From contig PS015062.1 of assembly GCA_048213135.1 (NCBI GenBank), positions 203,738 to 258,533 on the forward strand: DNA of 54,796 bases, in the 5' to 3' direction. Position numbers and translations under genes: made by a program. Under the pieces are notes generated by a model that worked only from the letters and a program-made list of their open reading frames with translations, had not been told where the DNA came from and ran no database searches. Shown in pieces: positions 14,008 through 29,273 of the stretch (positions within the stretch are counted from its first letter, which is position 1; every line of letters begins with the position of its first letter). Source of the DNA: Reclinomonas americana ATCC 50394. Taxonomy: Eukaryota.

Positions 14008-14700
14008 TCGCCTTCGCTTTCTTCTCCCCTTTCAACCACTCCAACAAATCGAACTCTGGCGAACCAAGACGCACTGCTGACAACCGATGATGACACTCGC
14101 ACTGCAGCGCCTTGGTCACCTCAAACGTTGCCGCCATGAACCGCACATAATTCGCGCACCTGACGACAGCTGGCGCGTCTCAGACAACACAAACAAACTC
14201 GGTCATTCACTCTCTCCCGCGACGCAACTCTGGGTTGTCGAGGTCCAGCACAGAGCGCGACTCAGAGCCGCTCGCCGCCATGATGAGACCTGCAATGAGA
14301 CAGACGATCAGAAGAGTGTGTGTTCCGCGGAACACGGCGCCATGTCACGCTCCCACTGGCTGACTGCCGAAGATCTGCACACACGAACCTTGGCTGACTT
14401 CTTGCAGCTGTGTTGCACAGTTTCCAAGACACAGACTGGCTTCGCAGTTGCAACGAAAGTGTGTCAGCGGTGGTCCTTCGCTGCGGGACATCACTTTCCT
14501 CCCATCCAATCACAGGCATCACACTTACCAATCCCAGCGACTTCCTCGTCGACCTCTGCTTCCTTTCCACCTCCTCCTTTCGCAACTGACCCGACCACCT
14601 CAAACCGCAGACACAACTCCCTCTCCTCGGTGGTGGTGTCGCTATCGTACGTTGGTGGCGTGGTTGAAAGCAGGAGAGAGCTTGTCATGTTGTTGGTGAG
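14008..14700 (-). CDS. Hypothetical protein (partial, exons bounded by gaps)
   Basis: GT-AG exons splice in frame to ...EGPPLTHFRCNCEASLCLGNCATQLQEVSQGLIMAASGSESRSVLDLDNPECANYVRFMAATFEVTKALQCECHHRLS...; no family recognised. Confidence 0.4.
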
Positions 14701-15165
14701 GCTCATATCGGTGGTGGCTGGTGGTATGCGCGGTTGNNNNNNNNNNNNNNNNNNNNNNNNNNNNNNNNNNNNNNNNNNNNNNNNNNNNNNNNNNNNNNNN
14801 NNNNNNNNNNNNNNNNNNNNNNNNNNNNNNNNNNNNNNNNTGCCATTATCCGCGGCTTCTTCAATGCCGGCGCCCTCAGCTCCGATTCAAGATCCGCCAC
14901 TGCGTAACTGCGTTGATTACGGAGGGCCGCTAGTGCACTCACCCACTAACGAGCTTTCTCCACGTCGTTGCAACTGCTCCACGCTGCAAATACCAATGAA
15001 GCGCGACCTCATGTCCCTCGCCGCACTCGCCTGCAGGAAGCACATACCAATGCACAACTTCCTGCGACTTTTCCGGTCGAAGAACTGCACAGCATGTGCA
15101 TTCCAAGTCGTTTCCCAGTGCTCCTTGACTCACCCCAACGAGTTATACACAACACAACAAACACC

Positions 15166-15384
15166 TCATACATTCGCCGACTTGCGCGACGCGCCTCCTG
15201 CAGAGAGTGCACTTGACGCCGCCGCAGTGGGCGAGTCCAGTCGCTTGGACTCGGCCTTCAGCTGCTTCAAGAACTGAGAGCACAAACACAGAGTGAGTGT
15301 GAGTGAGCGAGGAAGGAGGAGAGAATGGACGCGCACCTCCAGCAGCGCAGAGGGCGTGACATCGACCTCGATCAAGTCGGCAAT
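15166..15384 (-). CDS. MZT2: MOZART2-like protein, exons 3-4
   Basis: Exons 15384-15337 (IADLIEVDVTPSALLE) and 15273-15166 (FLKQLKAESK...stop) continue in phase 0 from the exons at 16152-16299. Confidence 0.7.
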   Translation of the reverse strand: MADLIEVDVTPSALLEVRVHSLLLPRSLTLTLCLCSQFLKQLKAESKRLDSPTAAASSALSAGGASRKSANV

Positions 15385-16004
15385 CTGGAGAGGGTGGGGG
15401 AGGACCAAGGGGAGTGAGAGAACAGCGATCAAAGGAGAATATAGAGAGACTGACGGAGACAAGTGAGAAGACAGAGAGGAGTGGGGAGACAAGGAGTGAG
15501 AGATCTCTCTTCCTTCTGCTCTCTCTCTCTCTCTCTCTCTCTTCATGTCTTCTCATTCGTCCCTTGCTTCTGCCTCCTCGTTCTTCTTCCTCTTCTTCTT
15601 CTCCTCCNNNNNNNNNNNNNNNNNNNNNNNNNNNNNNNNNNNNNNNNNNNNNNNNNNNNNNNNNNNNNNNNNNNNNNNNNNNNNNNNNNNNNNNNNNNNN
15701 NNNNNNNNNNNNNNNNNNNNNNNNNNNNNNNNNNNNNNNNNAAGGGGAGAGAGAAAGGAAGAGAAAGGAGGAAGGGAAGGAGGAAAAGAGAGAAAGGAGG
15801 AAGAGATCAGTGCAAGAAGAGTTCTTCCCATTTTTCCGCAGTCTGATCTCTCTGATCTCTCAACTCTCCCTCACACTCATGTCTTCTCTCTCGTTCACCC
15901 ACCTGCACATCACTCTCTTGCCCTCTCACCGCACTCACTTATCTGCAATCACCTTCCCTCTCTCTCTCTTCTCTCTTTTTCTCTCTCTTCTCTCCCTCTC
16001 TCAC

Positions 16005-16088
16005 CTGCATCAACTCGTCGACTTCCAGCTTCTTCAACAAGCTCTCCACTGTACGCAAGCTTGCAATCGCCACTGCATCGCCTCTCAT
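16005..16088 (-). CDS. CENPN: CENP-N exon 1 (on the inverted contig)
   Basis: ATG at 16088, 28 codons MRGDAVAIASLRTVESLLKKLEVDELMQ, then CAG|GTGAGA; phase 0 fits the exon starting at 17034. Confidence 0.6.
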
Positions 16089-16122
16089 CTTCTCACAAAA
16101 AAAGGTCCCGTTGTCCCAGATT

Positions 16123-16136
16123 TTTTGGCGCGAAAA
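16123..16136. promoter_or_regulatory. Overlapping double E2F-type site in the MZT2/CENP-N divergent spacer
   Basis: TTTTGGCGCGAAAA contains TTTGGCGC (+) and TTTCGCGC (-), both matching TTTSSCGC, between two divergent ATGs 63 bp apart. Confidence 0.6.
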
Positions 16137-16151
16137 CAGTGATCTCTGTCA

Positions 16152-16299
16152 ATGAACGACAGCACAAAGCGTTGAGTGTGAGAGTGTGAGAGAGTGTGTG
16201 TGTGTGTGTGTGTGTTGACTTGCGTGTGTGTGTGCAGAGCAATTGGCGGAGCTGGCGGCGACTGCGGGTGTGCAACTGGATCCGGCGGTGTTCTCAGCA
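16152..16299 (+). CDS. MZT2: MOZART2-like protein, exons 1-2 (on an apparently inverted contig)
   Basis: Exons 16152-16170 and 16238-16299 give MNDSTKQQLAELAATAGVQLDPAVFSA, matching the MZT2 pattern EL-x-x-x-AG-x-x-LDP-x-VF. Both donors are GTTGAG. Confidence 0.72.
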
Positions 16300-16311
16300 G
16301 TTGAGTGGTGC

Positions 16312-16355
<44 letters not shown>

Positions 16356-16823
16356 GAGAGAGAAGAAGAGAAGAAGAAGAGANNNNNNNNNNNNNNNNNN
16401 NNNNNNNNNNNNNNNNNNNNNNNNNNNNNNNNNNNNNNNNNNNNNNNNNNNNNNNNNNNNNNNNNNNNNNNNNNNNNNNNNNNNNNNNNNNNNNNNNNNN
16501 NNNNNNNNNNNNNNNNNNNNNNNNNNNNNNNNNNNNNNNNNNNNNNNNNNNNNNNNNNNNNNNNNNNNNNNNNNNNNNNNNNNNNNNNNNNNNNNNNNNN
16601 NNNNNNNNNNNNNNNNNNNNNNNNNNNNNNNNNNNNNNNNNNNNNNNNNNNNNNNNNNNNNNNNNNNNNNNNNNNNNNNNNNNNNNNNNNNNNNNNNNNN
16701 NNNNNNNNNNNNNNNNNNNNNNNNNNNNNNNNNNNNNNNNNNNNNNNNNNNNNNNNNNNNNNNNNNNNNNNNNNNNNNNNNNNNNNNNNNNNNNNNNNNN
16801 NNNNNNNNNNNNCTCTCTCTCTC

Positions 16824-16859
<36 letters not shown>

Positions 16860-17033
16860 CCTCCCTCCCTCGCCCCCTCTCTCCCTTTCTTCTTCCCTTC
16901 CTCCTTTCTCTTCCTTTCTCTCTCTCTCTCTCCCTTCCTTCCTCCCTCCATCTCGCCCTCTCTCCCTTTCCCTCCTTCTCCCTTCATCCTTCTTTCTTCT
17001 CTCTGACCTCGCCTCCTCCTCCTCCTTCCCCAG

Positions 17034-18739
17034 CTATGCTCCCTCCGCCAGTGGCCGGTGTCTGCGGCAGCGCAAACATCGTCGAAGCCCGCTCTTCTCA
17101 AGCACATGCTCACTCAACACCTCGTTTCGTGCCAGCCTCCCTCGCCTGCTCGTTGTTGTGTCTTGCATGCTGCTTATGAGCTTTCATTGACAGTCTCAAG
17201 GCATGACGTACGACGATGCCGCCGACTATGACCTGTGTGGTGCGCTCCTGTTCTTCCTCTGCTGCTGCTCATCCTCCTTCCACTCACAAGTAGTTGCCCT
17301 TTCATTGCAGCTCGTCTGCACCAAGTGGGAAAGCTGCAGTGGACTGGCATGGAGCTGGAGGGCTTTCTGCCGTCGCGTGCGGCCTCGCTCACCGCCCGCG
17401 AGTCGTCGGTCAGTGCGCTGGCCAGTGCGTTGAGTGGCGAGTTGCAGTCGTACTATGCCAACCAGGTGAGTCTCTCTGTTTGACACTCTTCCTGCTTCTT
17501 CTTCCTCCTTTGGCTTCTCTGCGTCTCCTCCAACTCCCTCTCCTTTCTTCCCTCTTCTCTCCTCCAGCTTGCAGAGTATTGTGGGTCCTTGTGGATTCAC
17601 TCCCCTTCACTCGTACTTCTTCCTTCTCCAACACACGCACATTGTTCTCGTCGACATTCTCTCCTCCAGCTTTCAGAGTATTGGGGTTCCATTGTTGATT
17701 CACACAGCCGACTCCACGTTTTGCCCTCATCTCCCTTCTTTCTCTTCTCTGCCGCCCCCGGGTTCTTTGACCACTTGCTCCTCTCTTGTCTCCTAGATCC
17801 TTCTTGTCCCTTCTCCTCCGACTTGCACTCTACATTTCCCTCATCTTCGTCCCTGCTCCTTATTCCTCTTTGTCCATGATTGCAGCTCGCCACCTTCCTG
17901 TTTCTCTCGCTTTTCTCACCTCCATTCTCCTTTCCACCTCCTTTTTTCTGCATTATCTTGCACTCCTCCTCTCGCAGTGATTTTATCTCTTGCTAAAGCC
18001 CTTCCCTCTTTGCCCTTCCCCTCTTTCCCCTTCCCCCTCTGTTCTCCCCTCCTCGCAGCACTCCTGCACCCGCGCGCTCCCCGACAACAGCATCTGCTTC
18101 CACGTCACGCTGTGGAGCAAACCAAATCAGCTACCCCCCGCCGCCACCTCGGCCATCTTTGTGTGGTGCCCGCACACCCCGTACCTCGCCCGCTCGCCCG
18201 GCCTGCGCAAGGACTTCGCGACGTACATTGCCTCCGCGCTGTGCACGGTGCTGCGCTGCGGTCGCACGATGGTCGAGCGCCCGCTGGCGGCGGCCACGGC
18301 CTCCGCGGTGTTGGAGTTGCTGGTCAACAGCGCCTCGCAGGGTCCGTATCGGCAGTTGCGCGTGGGTGGCAAGCGTGCGGCGGAGGGTGGCGGTGGCGAG
18401 GCGAGCGGATTACCCGTGTCGTCGTCGGTGGTGACAGTGGTGGATGAGGCCGCCGAGCCGCGGCGAAAGCGACAACGTGTGGCCGAGCTGTTCATGGGCA
18501 CCGAGAACCCGGCGCTGCAGCAAGTGGACTTGACATTTGTCAATTGCTCTCTGCCGGCGGCGGCCGGTGTGGACATGAAGTTTGAGATGCGAGTGACATT
18601 GCGCGGGCACAATGTGCTGGACGGCATTCGCGGCCTCTGCGACAATGGGGTCATCCGCACACCTGTACCTGAGTTTCTGTCGCGCATTTCGTCGTCGGCC
18701 GCCTCATCGTTGCAAATCGATCTCGCGGAGGGTGAGTGA
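17034..18739 (+). CDS. CENPN: Kinetochore protein CENP-N/Chl4-like, exons 2-5
   Basis: Exons 17034-17123, 17194-17239, 17311-17466 and 18059-18739. Motifs GMTYDDAADYDL...LQWTGMEL, IFVWCPHTPYL...IASAL and the C-terminal NPALQQVDL...MRVTLRGHNVLDGIRGLCDNGVIRTPVPEFL resemble CENP-N/Chl4. Confidence 0.7.
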
Positions 18740-18909
18740 TGGTCGCTCACTACGGAAAGACGGATGGAGAGACTGCGGCCATTGTGCTGTGTGATGAACG
18801 ATGACGCCAACCCGAGATGGCCATGTCGACGTGATGATGCGGACGGAGAGCATCAGTTCGACAGAGAATGAATGAACATCGTACAGGTGTTTTACATTTT
18901 CCCTATGTC

Positions 18910-22380
<3,471 letters not shown>

Positions 22381-22559
22381 GTGCGCGTTTACTCGCTCTC
22401 TTGAGTCACGTGCAGAGAGATACTCCGAACAAATGTGTCCGGAACTTCGCGATGCAAGGCGATGCAAGAAGAAGCGTGTCTCACGAGCACTGTGCACAAT
22501 AGAGCAAAGGAGAACGCTGCGCCCACTCGAACTATCTTGTAACAATATCCAATCAATAA

Positions 22560-23000
22560 TTGTATTGACATCGGTTTTGAAATCACTTCCCCGCCTCTTC
22601 TTCGTGCCTCCTCCTCGTCCTCGTGAACTACATCAACACGTACTCCTGCCCACACTGCTCATCAGCTGCGGCCACTGCCTCCTCAAGCAGCCATCCAATT
22701 AGTTGCAGTGACATCGGTTTTCACTTCCCTGCCTCTTCCTCTTCTTGCCTCCTTCTCCTCCTCCTCGTAAACTGCATCAGCACGTACTCCAGATCAGACT
22801 GCTCATCGGCTGCAGCCACTGCCTCCCAAGCAGCAGGCACTGCCTCACAAGCAGCCAACCAGCCAATTATCTCGATATCATTCACTTCACTTCCCTGCCT
22901 CTTCCTCTTCTTCCCTCCTCCTCCTCCTTCTCGTAAACTGCATCAGCACGTACTCCAGATCAGACTGTTCGTCGGCTGCGGCTACTGCCTCCTCAAGCAG
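22560..23000. repeat. Three degenerate tandem copies of the methyltransferase 3' end
   Basis: CTCGT(G/A)AACT(A/G)CATCA(A/G)CACGTACTCC...(CC/CT)ACTGCCTC at about 22620, 22764 and 22930. Confidence 0.85.
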
Positions 23001-23603
23001 CGCACTTGTCACTCGCTCGGCCTCGAAACCATGCTCGTCGCACATGATGCGCACAAAGGCGTCTTCGCGATCCACATTGCGTCGGCGAAACGAGAGCAAC
23101 ACTCGCGCCTCCTCGTTGGACGTCGACAGCAGTGCGTCAATCGACTGAGCCAGTGGCGCCAGCGTGTCGTCCTCCCACAATGTCAACGCGTTCCAGTGCA
23201 ACACCTCACTCATGAGCACCACATCGAACGCGTGCTGCATGCTGGCCTCCACGGCCTCGCCCCACGTATGCGCCACCACCTGCACTCTATCTGCGCATGC
23301 ATCACTGCAGTTGCGCGTCCAGTTCTCCTCCATGTCACTCACTCGCGGAGGCAGGTCGGTTATGGTGACCTGTGTGGCTCCCAGCAGGGCGGCCACGATG
23401 CCACAGATGCCTGTGCCGGCGCCGAGCTCGATCACGTGCTTGTGGGCGGGAGAGTGCGCGGGTGAGAGGGCGAGCAGGTGGCAGAGACGCATGGCGGCGT
23501 CCCACACGCGGCCGCCGGTGGCGTCGCGCTCGGCGGCGACGTCGATGGAGACGGGACGGATGAGCACGGGGTGGGCGAGGGTCGGGATGTGGTAGGAGAG
23601 CAT
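22887..23603 (-). CDS. METTL21-type (family 16) protein lysine methyltransferase, intronless
   Basis: TGGRVWDAA, VIELGAGTGICG, VTITD, HTWG and FDVVLMSEVLH motifs. Confidence 0.88.
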   Translation of the reverse strand: MLSYHIPTLAHPVLIRPVSIDVAAERDATGGRVWDAAMRLCHLLALSPAHSPAHKHVIELGAGTGICGIVAALLGATQVTITDLPPRVSDMEENWTRNCSDACADRVQVVAHTWGEAVEASMQHAFDVVLMSEVLHWNALTLWEDDTLAPLAQSIDALLSTSNEEARVLLSFRRRNVDREDAFVRIMCDEHGFEAERVTSALLEEAVAAADEQSDLEYVLMQFTRRRRRREEEEEAGK

Positions 23604-23692
23604 GCGATGAGGGAGAAGACGGATGGAGAAAAGGGACAGGACTTTTCGGCGACGCTTCGTTGTTCCTCGTTGTGGAGGAGGCTGTGTGAGGC

Positions 23693-24505
23693 TTGCTGCA
23701 TGCCATCTTACTCGCCTCTCTTCACTCACCCCGGCAACCAAAATAAGGCCCGCACTTTGATGCTTGGCTGTCGAGTGGTGGCGCGATCATTGAAATTTGT
23801 GGGCTTTATTTACGTCGACGATGTGACGACAGCAAACGCAAGATCCACTCACGCACTCACACCATGCTGCACGCCATCTTACTCACCTTGCGTCGCTCAC
23901 CCAGGCAACCAAAATAAGGCCCACACTTTGACGCTTCGGTGTCGAGTGGTGGTGCAATCATTGAAATTCGTGGGCCTTATTTACGTCGACGATGTGACGA
24001 CAACAAACACAAGATCCACTCACTCACCCGCACCATGCTGCATGCCATCTTTCTCGCCTTCCTTCCCTCACCCCGGCAACCAAAATAAGGCCCACACTTT
24101 GATGCTTTGTTGTCGAGTGGTGGCGCGATTATTGAAATTGTGGACCCCTCTTCGGAGACGACTGCAGCACAAGATCCACTCACTCACTCACGCCGTGCTG
24201 CATGCCATCTTTCTCGCCTTCCTTCCCTCACCGCCGCAACCAAAATAAGGCCCGCACTTTGACTCTTTGTTGTCGAGTGGTGGCGCGATCACTGAATTTC
24301 GTGGGCCGACGATGTGACGACAGCAAACGCAAGATCCACTCTCTCGCTCACACCATGCTGCATGTCTTCCTACTCACCTCTTTTCACTCACCCCGGCAAC
24401 CAAAATAAGGCCCACACTTTGACGCTTTGTTGTCGAGTGGTGGCGCGATCATTGAAATTTGTGGACCTCTCTACGGCGACGACTGCAGCACAGGATCCAC
24501 TCATT
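23693..24505. repeat. Five-copy tandem repeat (160-171 bp unit) between divergent genes
   Basis: Anchor CAACCAAAATAAGGCCC at 23735, 23906, 24077, 24237 and 24397. Confidence 0.95.
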
Positions 24506-24648
24506 TCCACTCACCATACCACATACCATTCTACTCGCCAGCGCCTGCTCCACCCAGCGCACCCAAGAACAACCACCGCTTACCATGCCATTCACGAGCT
24601 GCGACGTTCTTCCGACACCTCCGTCCCACCACACCGCATTGGCGCACG

Positions 24649-25098
24649 ATGCAACGCGCAACTCTCGCGCTCCTCCTCGCTGTGCTTCTCGCACTCGCCG
24701 CCGTGTACACCACTGCCTCCGCCAAGGATGTGCTGCTGGTGAACGAGCATGACGAGTCTTCCTCAGAAGTGGAAGGCGCAGGCAGTGTGGCCTTCACAGT
24801 GAACCTCAAGCCCGGAATAGCCACGCAGCCACTGGCTCGTCCGTGGGAGGAGTGTGTGGGCTCGGGGCATGCGCTGCTTGGCTTGCGGTGAGTTGTGTGA
24901 GAGAGAGGAGAGATGACAGGGGAGATGCATTGTGTGAGTGAGAATGATCTTCCGCGCGCACGTGTATGCGTGCACAGAGAGAGAGAGAGAGAACAAGGGG
25001 AGAGAGAGACAAGTTGTGCATTCTTGTGTCAAGTGAGAAAGCGGAAGACAGTGACCCCCTCTTGAGCTCTTCTTCTCATTGCTCTCTTGCATGCTCTG

Positions 25099-25159
<61 letters not shown>

Positions 25160-28100
25160 TCTCTCTCCCCTCTCTGTGCATGCATTCCGTCATGCATTCT
25201 ATCGCATCTCGGAATTAGGATGCTCTTCCTCCGATTGCGCGTGCTCTCACGACTCTCCCTCTCCGTCTCCCTCACGCTCTCACCCCGTAGTCACACTCTC
25301 TCTGTCTCACTCACCCTCTCATTCTTTGCATTCCATTTATGTTCTATGGCTCCGATTGCAGGGGCTCTCACGACTCTCCTCTTCCTCTGTCTCTCGCTCT
25401 CTGTCACATCTCGGAATGCATCCTCCGACTGCCCTCTGTCTCCCTCGCTCTCTATCTCACTCTCTTTCCTCTCCCTATCTGCGTGCGTTCTGTCGCATCT
25501 CGGAATGTATCCTCCAACTACCCGTGCTCTCACGACTCTCCTCTCTCTCGCTCTCTGCTCACATACTCTCTTTCCTCTCCCCGTCGCATCTCGGAATGTT
25601 ATATGGCTCCGGCTGCGCGATCTCTCACGACTCTCCTCCCCTCTGGTTTTTTGTCTCACCCTTCTTGTTCTGCGCTTTGCAGCGAGGACTGGCGCGCCCA
25701 CCTCCGTCGCAGCCACACCGAAGCCGGTTTCAAGCGTGTGCGCTTCCATGGTGCGCCACTCATCATTCACTCACCAGCCTCGTTGCTGTCGAGCTGTGTC
25801 TTCTGACAATGATTGCAGGTCTGCTGGACGACGACATGTCGGCGTACCTGAATGGCCAGGGCAACTACTTCAACATTGATTCGGTGTTTGACTTTCTGCA
25901 GAGCATCAACATGAAGGTTGGTGGCGAGTTGTTGAGTGCATTGGCGTTGGCTGTTGCTCATTCTCGCACAGCCCATTATTGAGCTGAGCTTCATGCCGGA
26001 GGACCTCGCCCGCGGGGAGCAGTATGTGTTCCACTACAAGGGTTTGTCATGCGCAGGAGTGTTTGCTTCTCCTCTCTTTCTCCCTCGCGCTTTCCCCTGC
26101 ACTGCTACGCTTGAAGTCGATCTCCTTATGCAGGCACGTGTTCACGCACCTGCAGTCACACAAGACGCATGGCATTCTCTATCCTTTCTGCAGCGCTGTG
26201 GTTCACCTCCTTTCTTTGTCTTGTGATTTCTGTCCCTCTGTAGAGCGCTCTCTTTGTTGCCTGCTCTCTCTGTAGTTGTCTGCCTCTGTCTTTCTCGGTC
26301 TCCCCTTCCGTCTTTCTCTGTTGTTCACAGCAATCTCTTCACCCCCTCGCCCTTCCTCATTTTCTTCTCTCTTCTTTCCCCACCCTCCCTCCCCCTCCCT
26401 CCTTCTTACCCATCCCTTCCCCATCCCAGGCAACATCACTCCCCCTCGCGACTACAACAAGTGGGACGCCTTCATCTACGACCTCGCCACCCACCTCAGC
26501 CAGCGCTACGGCAGCGACGGCATGATGTTCGAGGTGTGGAACGAGCCGAACTGCGGGTGAGTGAGCATTGCTGTGATAGTGAGACAGTAGAGTGGAGCTG
26601 ATTCAGTCTCTCTGGGCCTGCAGCTTCTTCTACGTGCAGAACGGATGCGGCGAGGATGCCGGCAACCGCACTGCCTACTACGAGCTGTACCACCACACGT
26701 CGCGTGCCATCAAGGCTGCCGATCCGAATCTGCAGGTGTGCATCAACTGCGGAGAAATGTCTTGTCGTTGCAATTTCTCTCTTCTCCTCTTCTCGATTGT
26801 GCATATCTCTGTTCGTATCGCGCACAGCCTTGCTCTCTTTCGTTCTTATTCTCTGGCGCATCGTTGTCTTCACTGGCGCACTCTTCTTACGTCCCTCTTT
26901 CGTTTTCTTTTTTGCCCTTTTGCGGGCGCTTCTGATGGTTCCCTTCAGCTTTCTTTCCGTCCATTTTCTCTGTCTCTCTCGCGCGCTCTTTTGTTTTCCT
27001 TGTGCGCTCTTTCATGGTTCGCTTGCGATCACTCGTTTACTTTTCATCCTTTTTGTCTCTCCCTCTTCCCTTTTCTCCTCCTTGCGTGTGCTTTCTGATG
27101 GCACCCTTCAGGGGCTCTCCATCCTCTTGTCTCTGTCTCTCTCGCGCCCGCTTTTTGTCTTCTGCGCGCGTTCTCATGGTACCCTTGCGATCACTCGTTC
27201 ACTTGCCATTTTGCTCTGCTCTTGCTGTTTCTCCGCCTTGCGTGTGCTTTCTGATGGCACCCCTTGCTTCGTCCCTGTCACTCACCATTTTCTGTCTTTT
27301 CAGTCTGTCCCGCACTCCCTCCCTCCTTCTCTTACTCTTCTCTCAATTTCTCACTTTCTCCTCGCTCTCCCGCTTCCTCCTTTCCCCTTTCCCCTATCTC
27401 CTCTTGCTCCCTCATTCCTCATTCCTCCTTTCCCCTCCCCCCTCTCCCTTCCCCCTTTCCCCCTNNNNNNNNNNNNNNNNNNNNNNNNNNNNNNNNNNNN
27501 NNNNNNNNNNNNNNNNNNNNNNNNNNNNNNNNNNNNNNNNNNNNNNNNNNNNNNNNNNNNNNNNNNNNNNNNNNNNNNNNNNNNNNNNNNNNNNNNNNNN
27601 NNNNNNNNNNNNNNNNNNNNNNNNNNNNNNNNNNNNNNNNNNNNNNNNNNNNNNNNNNNNNNNNNNNNNNNNNNNNNNNNNNNNNNNNNNNNNNNNNNNN
27701 NNNNNNNNNNNNNNNNNNNNNNNNNNNNNNNNNNNNNNNNNNNNNNNNNNNNNNNNNNNNNNNNNNNNNNNNNNNNNNNNNNNNNNNNNNNNNNNNNNNN
27801 NNNNNNNNNNNNNNNNNNNNNNNNNNNNNNNNNNNNNNNNNNNNNNNNNNNNNNNNNNNNNNNNNNNNNNNNNNNNNNNNNNNNNNNNNNNNNNNNNNNN
27901 NNNNNNNNNNNNNNNNNNNNNNNNNNNNNNNNNNNNNNNNNNNNNNNNNNNNNNNNNNNNNNNNNNNNNNNNNNNNNNNNNNNNNNNNNNNNNNNNNNNN
28001 NNNNNNNNNNNNNNNNNNNNNNNNNNNNNNNNNNNNNNNNNNNNNNNNNNNNNNNNNNNNNNNNNNNNNNNNNNNNNNNNNNNNNNNNNNNNNNNNNNNN

Positions 28101-29167
28101 NNNNNNNNNNNNNNNNNNNNNNNNNNNNNNNNNNNNNNNNNNNNNNNNNNNNNNNNNNNNNNNNNNNNNNNNNNNNNNNNNNNNNNNNNAAGCCACTCGT
28201 CATCACCGAGTTCAACTCGGGCCTCGGCACCAATGTTGCCGACGGACAGTACACGGCCGCGTTCCTCGGGCATATGGCACTCGCCTCGCAGCGCCTGTAC
28301 GCCGCCGGTGTGACGACCCTCAGTTTCTGGACCTTTACCGACATTTTTGAGGTGCGCGGGGATGTAGAAGGGAAATGCTTTCGCTCTCTTGGTGTCTTGT
28401 CTCACCCGACCGCAGGAGGGTGGCATGGATTCGACGCCGTTCAACCAGAAGTTCGGCCTCATCACCATCCACGTGCGTTGCATGCCTTCCTTTCTCGTGC
28501 CCTCCGCTGCCTCCATCCTAACTCGCTGTGCCCGCAGAATGTCGCCAAGCCCGGACACCGCGCCATGCAGTTGCTGCACATGATGCAGAATCGCATCGTC
28601 TACTCGCAGACTCGTTGCGCCTCCCCTTCCATGCCATCTTTTCCAACCTTGCCCTTTTTCATTCCTCCACGACTCGCAGAGGGCACTGTCGACGCGCTGG
28701 TCACTGTCAACAACAGCCCCGCCACCGGCCAGTCCGTCTCCGTGTCGGCCCTGCTGACCAACTTTTATCCCATTTACTACAACCAGCCGCCGCCACCGGT
28801 GCAGACGGAGACCGTGCAGCTGCAGTTCGACTTGGGCCAGCAGCCGGGAGCCATTCCGGGCGATGTCCTGTTGTACCGCATCGACAGCACGCACGTGAAT
28901 CCCTTCAAGAGTTGTGTGCTTCCTTTTCATGTATCTCCTGCATTGCGTCGTGAGAACTCAAACTCCCTTTGTCCACCACTCGCAGCCTGGCAACAGCAGG
29001 GCCAGCCGATGTACCCGACGCAGCAGCAGATTCAGCAGCTCGTGGCCTCGGCCGAGTTGGTGAAGGAAAACGTGTCGCTGGTGCGCGTCTCCGGCAACAT
29101 TTACCAAATCACCGTCACCATGGAGCCGCAGAGCATTGCTCTCGCCGTGTTCCAGTACAAGGTGTAA
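24649..29167 (+). CDS. Secreted glycoside hydrolase family 39 (beta-xylosidase/alpha-iduronidase-like)
   Basis: Signal peptide; WEECVGSGHA, GFKRVRFHGLLDDDM, PIIELSFMP, FEVWNEPN (acid/base), LVITEFN (nucleophile), SFWTFTDIFEEG, LYRIDSTH. About 12 exons, one gap. Confidence 0.93.
25195..25640. repeat. Degenerate intronic tandem repeat in GH39 intron 1
   Basis: TC(G/A)CATCTCGGAAT at about 25202, 25404, 25493 and 25584, interleaved with CTCTCACGACTCTCC. Confidence 0.75.
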
Positions 29168-29273
29168 GCTGCGCAGTATGCACTGCATTGCACTGCGCTC
29201 TATTCAGCCGAGTAAAGACACGCGTCGGTGATTGAAATTCATTGAAAGTAAAAGAGGGGGGCGTGAGAGCGGA

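Noticed and set aside
23693-24505. CRISPR-like appearance of the regular repeat
   Set aside because: Whole units are homologous with no unique spacers, there are no cas genes, and the context is eukaryotic.
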